From NCBI RefSeq assembly GCF_006345805.1, contig NC_043002.1:15872001-15936000 (forward strand): DNA of 64,000 nt. Direction: 5' to 3'. This DNA is from Octopus sinensis (Eukaryota). Positions 53,301-64,000 of this stretch are shown here, in pieces. The first letter of the stretch is position 1. Each line of letters opens with the position of its first letter. The position numbers and the translations under genes were made by a program. Under the pieces are notes generated by a model, which had not been told where the DNA came from, searched no databases, and was given only the letters and a program-made list of their open reading frames with translations.

Positions 53301-53716
53301 TCTTTATGACTGTCGACCTCGTTTTCTTTCTCTCTATCTCATTCTCACGCTTAATTTATAATTCCTTTTATTTCATACAAGCTTGTATCTAAACCGTTAG
53401 TCACTGACTTCTTTATTGTTGGGTGAACGAATCATACCGCCATGTGATAGGAAAGATAAAAATATTAATTTTATACGTTTGTCTTTCTCTCCCTCTCTGT
53501 TTCTCAGCTTGGCCAAAGCCTTAGAGCTGAAACGTATGATAGAATAAAAGCATATTAAGCACAATCTCACATTTATACTCGGCTACTTTATTTCAATTGT
53601 AAGTGGCTTGAACGAAGACCTTTTGGCATAACGTTTTTGCGTGCTTAAGTTACTTAGTACATTAGCGCAAGTGTTATACTTACTTGTGTCGACGACTTGA
53701 TTTACATTGAATGACA

Positions 53717-53844
53717 TTTTAACGCAGCAACTATTCTTATGTTACTCATATTAGTCAATACCTGTCACCAAATCTGAATTTTAACGTACTAACTGTACTT
53801 ATGTTACTCATATTCGTCAATACCTGTCACCTCATCTGAATTTT
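53717..53844. repeat. Two-copy ~62-bp tandem duplication
   Basis: cttatgttactcatatt.gtcaatacctgtcacc...atctgaatttt occurs twice in tandem. Confidence 0.85.
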
Positions 53845-54714
53845 CATGCAAATATTTTGACGTTTCAGTGACCTGTTTATGTAATTGAAAGGTGAAACAG
53901 CGGTATGAATATTCACATTGGTATTAGCAGTTTATTTGTGTTCGTCGATCTGAACCTGTAACGTTTTGCTAGATATGGGCGCCGTATAGACGATCTATTG
54001 CTGTTTATTGTTTATTAATTCCGTTTCTAATTTTTCCCGATTACATACATATATACACCTCGTATTTATTCCATTATCAGAATGCAAATGAAGAATATTA
54101 GAAATAACATCCAAAATACTGGGATTGCTTTATTTTCCTAGTATATTGATTACATGAACATATATTCACAGAATTGATGTAAGATCTGGAATTACATGCT
54201 TCTATATATTTTCCTCAGAATTCACCTAGGAAGAAATGTAAACAAATAAATAACATCATACTGGGGATTGAAAGAACTGTATGAGAAAGTTGATCCGATG
54301 AATCCACCCATACAGTCAATCAAACTTCTCCGGATCATATTTCTACAAAACGAAAGAATATCATTTGTGTTATCGAATATCATTTCAGAGATGTTTGACT
54401 TACTTGATTTTTGAGATGAATATCCACACGTGAAGCTTGTTGAAGTATCACAGCACTAAAGGAAATACTTTAATGCATAAAGCTTCAAAGTTGCGAATAT
54501 ATTGCCTGACACTGGAAGTATTTGTTTCCATGTGTTGGCACTCACATTTGTTAGGAAAAGGAATCTTGTATTTCGTGTTTTTAAAATATATTCTCAAGTA
54601 TCTGTTTAAGATGTTGAAGCATACATATGTATATGTGTATTTCTATATGCGTACTTCTATATATATATATATATAATACCCCCCCATGTATATATATAAA
54701 GGTGTATGTATGTA

Positions 54715-57700
54715 TAATGGCCCATCTCTCCTCAGCTGTTCTCTTGTTATTCATGATCTTCATGCATTGTTGGAGGTTATACATTTTCGAGTCGAGCAGG
54801 CTGATAGCCGTCGAATTTATGTATTCTAGTTTAACTTTTTTGGTTTCTTCTTTTTATTTTTCTGATATTTTGGGGGGTGGTGATTCTGCACTTAGTTTTC
54901 TTCACAGGTCTAGTTGGTGCGTGTTTAGCACATATGTCTCTGATATTGTCTAAAAAAAGATCTTCCAAAATATATTGATATTGAAGGAGGTGTGTGTATG
55001 TGTGAAAGAGCAGTCAGCATGTGATAGATCGTCTATAAAAGCGTCTCAGTCGACATCATAGAGATTCATGGTATCATATGGGTGGGCTGCAGAGAGGTCA
55101 CTAGGGTTACCATTTTGGCTGGTGGAATCTCAGATTACAGAGAACCATGTCATGATCTGAAAGAAGGGATTTTTCACTGTAATATTGTGTATTGTGTTCG
55201 TGTGGTTACTATACACAAGGTCCAAAATATTCTGATATCTTGTTGGTGCAAGGACAATTTGTGACAAGAGAAACTCATTCATAAAGTCGAGAAATGACTC
55301 AACTCCTTTTTTGTCAGTAGTTGAGGCGGGAATATCAGATTTCAAACTGCTTGTAGACCAATCAACACATGGTAAATTAAAATTACTCGTTATAATTACG
55401 TTATTAGAATGGCGTTATGGAATGACGCACTTAATGCTGTTGAGTAATTCATTAAAGCACAGTATGGGTGTTTGAGTTGGCTTATACAGCCCAATCACTA
55501 TCAGGTGATAGGTTTTGTTATGAACGGTGACCGATTCACACTAGCTATTGGAGAATGTCATATTCCCATCTGCTGAAAATAGCAATTCCACCCTTCCTTC
55601 TGTCGGCTCGATCCGCGCGGATGGTTTTGAATTTCCTCCCTTTCACTTCGGCTTCTAAGTGGGAGTTGCCAAGGTGGGTCTTGGTAAGAACGAAGAAAGC
55701 AATGTGGTGTGGATGGTTACCAACCCAATACTCAATTAATTGTATCTTCGTTTTCTGTGCATTGATGGAAGGACTGACATCTGCTGTGTGAAGAATGAGG
55801 AGGCTAGCCTCATGGCAGGTTTCGACTGTTGCAGGGGGATTTTTCTGATTGTGTGTTAGTGAAAGCAATGTGGGGATTTGGTGCACTGGGGTAATAGTAA
55901 AGGATGGTATTGAGGGATTGCTGAAAAATTATTTTGTATCTCTTTTGTCAGGTCCACCATGGCTAAAAATAATTTTCCTGCATAGGTACTAGTTTTTGAT
56001 AGGTGTGGTTGCACTGTTGGATAGGGTTGTCATTTCTGCTTTTATTTATGTGTGATTTTGCTGATGGTGGTGGTAGTGTTTATGTATCTTCGTGTAAAGA
56101 CTGCACCTGCATTACTGTGGTAGAAAGTGTTTTTACAGTGGTTTCTGTTTGCTTGGAGCCCCATTTCTGTCAATACATCGGGTCCCTAGAAAAGGAGTGA
56201 AGAGACAACCACGCAAAACACAGAATCTCACGTTGGGAATACCGGCAGATTTTGGGATTCTGCGTTTTGCGGGTTGTAGCATTCAATTTACTATTTGGTG
56301 GTGTGGATGTTGATGTTATTTTGGAATGAATGCTGGTAGTGTTTGCCTGGATTGTGCGTCAAGAGCCAGTAGATGTGTAAAGTTGCAGTTACTACGTGTG
56401 CAGAGCCTGTAACGGCATATTTTGGGGTTTCTTGTTACTGTCTTGAGGACACATTCAGCTTCATAGATTTTTTAAAGTTTTTTTTTTAATTCTACAGTAG
56501 TTATTTGCCAACACACTTGCAGATATGTAGCAAAGTTCACAAACACCATGAGGTGGAAATGCGAGACAAAAAAGCAGTGGTTAATTTTTTTAGTTTTTCG
56601 GGTGGTAGAAGACGATGGTGGCAGCGCTGATGATGATGCTGAAGTTGATTGCGGAGACAATTGTGGTGGCTGCTGTGAGAGCGGTTAGTGAGAGAGAGAG
56701 GTGAAGAGACACTATCGTTCAGTAGATCAGCTTTTGTTCTAGAATTTAGGAGCGTCTCTTCCTCATGCTGTTGTTGCTGTTCATGATTTTCTGGCTGTTG
56801 TTGTTGTTGTCGTCGTTTTGTTTGTTGCTGATGTTCATGGTTATTTGGTTGTTGTTGTTATGATTGACTAATATTTAAAGAGAAAATATATCGAAGTTTT
56901 ACCAAAATGACCCTGAATTAGGTTGAAGGAAACCTGCATGTGTTTTAGATTGCTGGGTTTAAGGATTGGCGATAGGATAAAGTAAGCTGCATATGTTTGT
57001 GGTGTCTAAGAATTATGTTTGGGGTAGTCGAGATGATAAGAGTGAGTATGATGAGGCAGAGGATGATAGGGTAAAAAATATTAGGCGAAATGAAAGGAAT
57101 TTAAGGCGAGTAGTAGATGTGTGACAATCCTAAAATCTTAAGCTGTGGGAGAGGATATTTGGTAGCAATTGCATGTGTCCGTCTTGGCTAAGGTCACTGG
57201 CTGTAGAGTTATTTTTAGCAATGGGGTTATGGGTGTGTAGGTAGTTGAGAAAGGAAGAGTTAATTGAATGTTAAATTATTTATGATTGGGAGTAAGAGTT
57301 AGGGGGTTTATAGTAGGGGATTTATTGAGTTAATGTTTAAAAGTAAATAAAGGGAAAATTAAATAATTAATATTTATTTCAGATAGTGATGAGGTACGGT
57401 AAGGCGGCGAGCTGGCAGAAACGTTAGCACGCCGGATGAAGTGCTTAGCGGTATTTCGTCTGTCGTTACGTTCCGAGTTCAAATTCCGCCGAGGTTGACT
57501 TTGCCTTTCATCCTTTCTGGGTCGATAAATTAAGTACCAGTTCCGCACTGGGGTCGATGTAATCGACTTAATACCTATGTCTGTCCTTGTTTGTCCCCTC
57601 TATGTTTAGCCCCTTGTGGGCAATAAAGAAATAGGTACGGTAGATAGATGAGGTAAGACATAATAAGTTAGAAATAAGAGTTATAGAGATATGGAAAGGA

Positions 57701-58000
57701 TCATAGTGTTTTGTATTACCGTTGGTGTTAGTATTATTATTTTTGCTATTCCTATTAGTACTTGAAGTATATATATTATTAGTTGTAGTGTTTATAATGT
57801 AATTGGTATTGTTAGTATTAGTGTACCTATTACTGCTTGCGCTGGTTCCAGGTGTTCGCCCATTACGCTCAGAGGTTTAACTTGGTTACAGTGTTCGGGT
57901 CACGGATGTTAGATATGTTATCGCAATCGGTGTTAGTGTTTAACAGGTAATTTTACACGCTTCTTCTAGCGTGTAAAATTACCTGTTACAGTTAGTTTCT
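54715..58000 (-). mobile_element. CR1-like LINE, 5' half: 5' UTR, ORF1 with Cys/His motifs, APE endonuclease; decayed, RT absent
   Basis: ORF1 PKICRY...CTRSNCNF.H and a second PKICRYS (56170-56430); endonuclease LTKTHL...IRADRADRRKGGIAIF, NFNLPCVDW, FLDFMNEFLLSQIVLAPTRYQNILDLV...SDH (55130-55790); ends at EERWAI. The 5' boundary is approximate. Confidence 0.75.
57402..57632 (+). mobile_element. Young full-length SINE (gagctggcagaa family) inserted in the LINE 5' region, 10-bp TSD
   Basis: TSD aggtacggta at 57392-57401 and 57633-57642; A/B-box-like tggcagaaacg / gagttcaaattcc. Confidence 0.9.
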
Positions 58001-58114
58001 CCTGTGTTTAAATGTACACTATTTTATATTGAGAATATGTTGTCTATTGAATTTTTATACATGTTAGGCCACTGGTAGTGAAATTTCTAAAGATATTCGC
58101 TGCCCTATATATTT

Positions 58115-58277
58115 TACGTATATGTTTCTCTCCTTGTTTTTTCTGTGTCCCTTTCTTTGGAAGAGCATAAGCTCGAAACGTGATAGACTTTTTCTATTCC
58201 TGAACGTTTTACTAATACATCTGTTTGTTTTGTACACCACCTGTCTTCATCTTTTGTTTTTTCGTTAAATCTCCCTA
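58115..58277 (+). mobile_element. (TA)n-inserted non-autonomous element, copy C
   Basis: Reverse complement of 2364-2540 and 10806-10960; GTCCCTTT-CTTTGGA-A-GAGC-ATAA-GCTC-GAAACGTG at 58147-58182. Confidence 0.7.
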
Positions 58278-59077
58278 TATATATATATATATATATAGGT
58301 AGATAGATAGATAGATAGATAGATGTGCGTGTAGATACGTATGTGTGTGAGTATATAGATAGATGAGTGTGTGCGTTTGTCTCTCTATATATGCATGTGT
58401 GAGTGAGTGTGTGTGTGTAGAGTGGAGTTTGTACAGGCTCATGTGATGAGAGACTGCAATCTAATCCATTTACTGTTTGTAAATTCTTATATTGATATCC
58501 CGGCACAAACACACACAACACTCTTGCACTCCATCTCCCACCTCTTTAACTCTCAATCATACTATCCTGATCAGACAACAAAGAACTAATGGAATATAGC
58601 GTTTTGTTTGCCACTCACCATTACAAATATTTATGTATATATAACTAAATCGTTATAACTGTTTACATTACTTATACATATGTACACAACTGCTTACACA
58701 ACTACGTGGTTGACTATCTGCATACATAATTCCTACCTGCATACATGCATACATATCTATACACCAGAGCTGCCAACTGCGTCTCGCATTTAATAAATGC
58801 ATACTTGCTTAAACAGAGATATGGAACATTGAAAATATATTTTTACATTTTTACCTGCGTATATGAATATTTAAGATATTTGTTTGTCATTTGACTGCGG
58901 CTATGCTGGAGCAACACCTTTAGTTAAGCTAATCAACCCCAAGACTTATTCTTTGTTAAGGATAGTACTTATTCTATCGGTCACTTTCTCCGAACCGCTA
59001 GGTTAGGGAGACGTAAACACACCAGCATCAGTTGTCAAGCGATGTCGGGGGAACATACAGAGACACACAAACATATA

Positions 59078-59330
59078 CTGGCGTTGGACAAAATAATGGA
59101 AGTACCTTAATATTTCAGACAGATTTATATTAATATGGGTAGGAACACCTTTGGTAGTAAGTACAGCTTGAGTTCTACGAGGCATGGACTCGTATAAAGT
59201 TTGAATTGTTTCCCAAAAAATTTTTGTCTATTCTTCAGCTAAAACAGTGTCCATTTCTTATAGGGAGGCTGGTGGAGCATATCGACTCCTTATCATTTTT
59301 CTAAAATGCAGCATAAATGTTCAATAAAAT
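59078..59330 (-). mobile_element. Tc1 transposase C-terminal remnant with one terminus
   Basis: IEHL...IRSRYAPPASL*...LAEE...TIQTLYESMPRRTQAVLTTKGVPT (Tc1 SMPRR..AV...KG.PT motif). Confidence 0.7.
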
Positions 59331-59346
59331 TGAGATAATATATATA

Positions 59347-59380
<34 letters not shown>

Positions 59381-61042
59381 TATGTATAGACATGATGTCT
59401 ATACACACGTATATCATAGCCAAAGCAAATGTCCTTGTAACTATATTGCATATATTGTATATCCCAATATACTGTTCACACAACATTGAGCTAGGTGCAC
59501 TGAGTCTTCTTATTTCGTTTCTTTTCCTTTCATGCACTGACACTAAGTGTGTTATCTTCACACTAAACATACATCTGTATCTTTTTAGACATACTTAGCC
59601 TGCTTGCCTTTGTCGCATATGCTTAGCTATTTGCCAGTGCACTTGCAGATATATAGCAAAGATTCTAAAAGAAGATGAGTGGAAATTGTTACGTACAATA
59701 CTCACATGGGTATGGCGGATGATGTTGTACACTGGCATAGGTTTCAACGAGCATATATATGGATGTACATAAGCCTATATCAATATATATATATATATCC
59801 TACGGGAAATGTCCTAAACGTGTTTGAACGTAACGCGCATGCATTTTGAATACAAACTTCATAAGTTAACTCATCTATAAACACAGGCGGAACTCGAAAA
59901 ATAGGTTAAATTTCAACTTCACTCACTACTTTTGATCTGATAACAGCCTAACTTGTCACACCTATATTCCTTAGCACACCTGTACAAAATCTAAAAACGC
60001 TTAATTCAAACAAGCACCTTGAACTTCTTACGGTAACAAACCTACAGAAAATTTCGAATTGTTCATATAAAACCTGCAAAAACTCAGTAATTATAAATAA
60101 TATGTCACATTTCTTCTATATGAACTCCTGCAAGATTTTTCATCTGCTATTTATAAACACTGTTCGATTGAATTCCAAACAAAATATATATAGTTCCACA
60201 AACCAATCAATATTAATTCAACAGGTCCTATTTCTGCAAGACAATCCGGAAAATTCGTCTTTACCATATTTCCTTCTCCATACCTGACCAGAAATCATAA
60301 ATTTTCCCTATTTTTCTCCAGTCCTCTTCTTTTAACAAATCTGTTTTTCCATTCTCTCTTCATATTCATTTACACCACATTTACTGTGCTCATACATTGC
60401 CCCCCACACATGATGAAGCCCCAGTAAATCCATAAAATAAAGCGTAAAACTAATCTCAGAATGTGGTACGCACCCGTCTCGTTATTCTACTGTCGGTATG
60501 ATTGGTTCCATATCACATTATGAGCTGCCAACAAAACGCATAAATCTGCGATTAACATGGAACTGCCTCAGAAAAAGTAATAAAGGTTTACGTATTCCAT
60601 TTCTTTCCACCAATTCCAAATACCTCACCAGGTATATTATAGATATTCCTCAAACATCAGGATCATATAAATATAAGGAGATGTGTCACTCCATCCTGGA
60701 TGGTATCCGTCTTTTATTTCTGGATCTTTCCAGGATTTGTGCTAAATTTTTATTATATATTATTGGTTTATTCTTCAATATATATATCAATATGTGATAA
60801 TTTAATTTGATGACTTGCAACTGCATGTTCATGCTTTGTTCAATTATACCTCCATCAGCTCGACCACCATAGTGTTAATAGCCAACAATTATGCAGATCC
60901 TGAATATTAACGTCGGAGTTTAGGCACTAGTTCCGGCTTGACCATGGATTGTATGTACCCATTATCTATTTATCTATGTCTTTGGACACTTTGTTACCCT
61001 TACTTAAAACATCACGCACGCACACACACACACACACACGCA

Positions 61043-61887
61043 TAGGGTGTGGTGAATTTATTATCGTCCAAATTAAACAACAATAAAAAATAACACTGAC
61101 ATCTCAAATTTACCAAATTTACACTAAAATATCTTGAAATACTAAAGAGTACATTTATTCAATAGAATCGCTATTGGCTTCAACAACAACCCCAGACGAC
61201 TTCGGAATGCCTTGCAACTCTTCTGGACAGTCGCCTTCGTTATGTTGGTGAATATTGTCATAATCCTTGCTTTCAGTTTATCTTTGGTGTTACAAAGATT
61301 TGTATTCGTATGTCCCTCAAATCCACACCACAAATGATAAACAAGGTGGTTGCAGTCTGGTGAGTTAGGTGGATAAATATTAGGGGTAATGTGGTCGCAG
61401 AAATTATCTCACAGCAATGATTGGGTTCTCCTGCTTGTGTGGCACGGTGCAGAATCCTGTTGCAAGACATAAGGCCTTCCAGCAGCCACCCTCTTGACGT
61501 AAGGCAGCACTACTTCCTCCAGGCACTTAATAGGGGCACCGCTTTGAATCTGAGACCATATGGGATGACGAATGGATCACTTCACAAACACCATGATGGT
61601 GACTGCGTGTTTCAATTTTGTCACTCTTTGTATGTGTCCTCAGATTGACACTGAAATCTCTGAAATGTTCATAGTGGAGCTGCCGGCGCGAGTGCCAAAC
61701 AATAGAATATGTCGTTTCCAAATTTCTGGCAGAGTAGATTGCTTCATGGCGCTGTTCTTCTTTTTCTCCCAGACGGTGCCCGACTGAACGTACTACATGG
61801 TGTAGTTGACAAAATCACAAACAATCAATAATATGCATGCGCGAAATTAAAAATATTAAATGGCAACAATGTACCCACTGCACACTG
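61043..61887 (-). mobile_element. Decayed maT (DD37D) transposon
   Basis: QQDSAPCHTSRRTQSLL*DNFCDHITPNIYPPNSPDCNHL(V): 37 residues between the second and third catalytic positions; then NTKDKLKARI...KAFRSRL; degenerate TIRs. Confidence 0.75.
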
Positions 61888-61989
61888 TTTGTGTGTGTAT
61901 TTATATAACTTTATTATCACTATTTTATTATATCCCCTTCTTCCTATCTCTCCTGCGTAACCGCTCTGTCCGGCATTCGCCATCATATA

Positions 61990-62168
61990 TCGCTAGCCAC
62001 AACACATTCTTTATTTTCTGTCTTCGTTTCTTTTTGTGTTCCTCTCTGTGCAAGAGCGTAGGCTCGAAATGTTAAAGCCTTTTTTTCAGTTCCTGAGCGT
62101 TATACTAACGCATCTATTTGTTGACTACACCACCTGTCTTCGTCTTTTGTTTTTTTTTGTGAATTCTC
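61990..62168 (+). mobile_element. (TA)n-associated non-autonomous element, copy D
   Basis: CTGTGCA-A-GAGC-GTAG-GCTC-GAAATGTT and a shared downstream block cctgagcgttatactaa...caccacctgtcttcgtcttttg. Confidence 0.65.
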
Positions 62169-62178
62169 TGTCTGTCAG

Positions 62179-62213
<35 letters not shown>

Positions 62214-63697
62214 CTAGGTATATATATATGTATATATATATATATATATATATAAAGAGAGATAGATAGATAGATACATACATACATTCATACATACATA
62301 CATACATACATACATAGTAGTGCTTTGTTTATAAGTTTTAGTTCATTAAGTCGATCGAAATTCATAAAAAATATGAAAATGTATGATATGCATAATATTT
62401 ATAATCATACAAGTATTAATATAAAAGTGCATTTTGCTGTTTTCTAGGTTTACTAAACGAAGTGAATATAATAGAAAAGTTAAATGCTGATGCTGTTCCC
62501 GTCACTATTGCAACTATCGTAACCATTATTTCTTTACTATGAAAATAATAATATGTTATTAATGTAGAGTATTATTTATAAGTGCTACGTGATTTCCTAT
62601 AGCTATTTATTAACGTCGGCTTAGCGTCAAATGACTTCTTTATATTGCTAAATGTTTTGAAATAGCTGATTCTCACTGCCATGTATTGTTGATGGCGTTG
62701 AAATTCTATCTTCATATTTAATTCACGTCTTTCTCAAACGAAATAGCACTGTTCTCGAGAAACCGTCTGTCCTGTATTGTCTAGGTGTTAAAAAACTTGA
62801 AATTACATGGAAAGTAACACATATTGATTTTAAAAGCATGTTTTCCAACGAAACAGGTGGAAGAAAGTATGTTATAATAAAGAAATAAATATTAAGAAGT
62901 ATCGGAAAATAGAATATAATTATATAAAAAGTAGAATCTGATTTTCTTTCTTCACTATTTTTTGATTGTATCGTTAGCATTATTTTAATTGGGTTGATTT
63001 ATTATTTATATTTATGGCCTTCTGATTATTTGATTAATGTGTTTGTTTATATTCAGTAAATTTCCTACACATTTTGTTAGCAGTTTTGATGCGTTCATGG
63101 TACTAATTCTGTGGCTGTCGCTCTCAATTACATTATTGCGATCACCTTAACCATCTTGATCGTCGTTTCATGATGCTCATAAATTAAAAATTGCAGTCAT
63201 CACATTTTGTTAATATTTATTTAGTTTCCTTACAGTATTCCTACGCTGAACATTGTTGATGTTGTTATTATTTTTATCATCATTATTTGTACCATTAGTG
63301 GTAGTTTTCTAATTCTCATTTTCGTTTTTGCTCAATTTAATTCCATTTTCTCATCAGAATTTTCATTATTAGTTTTAATACAATGAAAAAAAAAGGTAGC
63401 TGCGTCATTTTAGATTATCTAAATATAAAATAGTAAAATAAAATATAAGGAAAACCTAATAATAAATAACCATAATGAGGACAAATAATTATGTATTTTA
63501 TATTTTATATTGAAGTAAAATGAAGAGAAAGAAACCTCACAGAAATTGTTAAAAGCCAAAATATTACTCAAAAATAATCGATGACTTAAATTACATTTAT
63601 TTTTGTATGGGAAAGTGTGATTTACAAGAAGATTTTTTTTTACTTCTCTTTTGACACATTTGCTTTATATATTTAATAATATAATGCTGATAAAGTC

Positions 63698-63870
63698 GGT
63701 GAGCTGGATAAAATTCCTTGCAGTATTTAGTTACATTCTGAGCTAAAATCTCGCCGGTATCATCTATTATTTTCATCTCTCCTATGCCGATATAATAAGT
63801 AACATTGAAGTACTAAACGACTTAATCGACTGTGAGGTTCAGACTTGTGCCAGTGTAAGAAATCAATATC
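63698..63870 (+). mobile_element. Old degenerate gagctggcagaa-family SINE
   Basis: ggtgagctggataaaa...cattctgagctaaaatctcgccg...taatcgact. Confidence 0.45.
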
Positions 63871-64000
63871 GTATCGTTAACAGCTTTAAACGCTGCCAGA
63901 AAGCTATATTTAAGTTGTGTATGCTAGGAGATAGCAATTATTTTTCTTTAAGTCGAAAACGGTTCAGAAAAGCAACTGCATTACATCATTTGATGTTCTA

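Noticed and set aside
47475-53392. Dozens of long YI/CV-rich ORFs
   Set aside because: Translations of (TA)n/(TG)n microsatellite; the same applies to the HT/YI ORFs elsewhere in the window.
53503-53540. agc-cttaga-gct-GAAACGTA minimal hammerhead-like motif
   Set aside because: The CUGANGA core is unrecognisable; probably a decayed pLTR relic and not supportable as a ribozyme.
60410-60460. tgatgaagccc...gtaaaac motif after a Penelope-like AT/C-rich region
   Set aside because: No paired stem II and no GAAA; too degenerate to call.

Overview
AT-rich, repeat-dense eukaryotic DNA. The SINE, MITE and microsatellite content matches what I recognise from Octopus (coleoid cephalopod) genomes; this is recognition, not a database result. 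I find no convincing protein-coding gene: nearly all listed ORFs are microsatellite artefacts or decayed transposon fragments. The window holds many tRNA-type SINEs (two with clear TSDs, plus a head-to-tail cluster at 33.5-35.7 kb), three 3' fragments of HERO-like RLE non-LTR retrotransposons, a Dong/R4 3' end, the 5' half of a CR1-like LINE plus a separate CR1 RT fragment, Penelope-like remnants, DD37D (maT), Tc1 and mariner remnants, a TTAA MITE, a Helentron-type non-autonomous element, and a ~5.6 kb degenerate (TA)n tract. The most notable signal is a set of retroelement-borne hammerhead ribozyme motifs. One is an intact type I hammerhead (5228-5307, minus). Minimal hammerhead variants sit in (TA)n-inserted elements. 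Most unusual is a hammerhead in HERO 3' UTRs whose three strands are in a non-circularly permuted order (cleavage strand, GAAA strand, CUGAUGA strand), seen at 15102-15153 and 7853-7904, with a damaged counterpart in a divergent HERO family at 6360-6415. Two possible minus-strand micro-exons lie near the left edge. All RNA folds were derived by eye.
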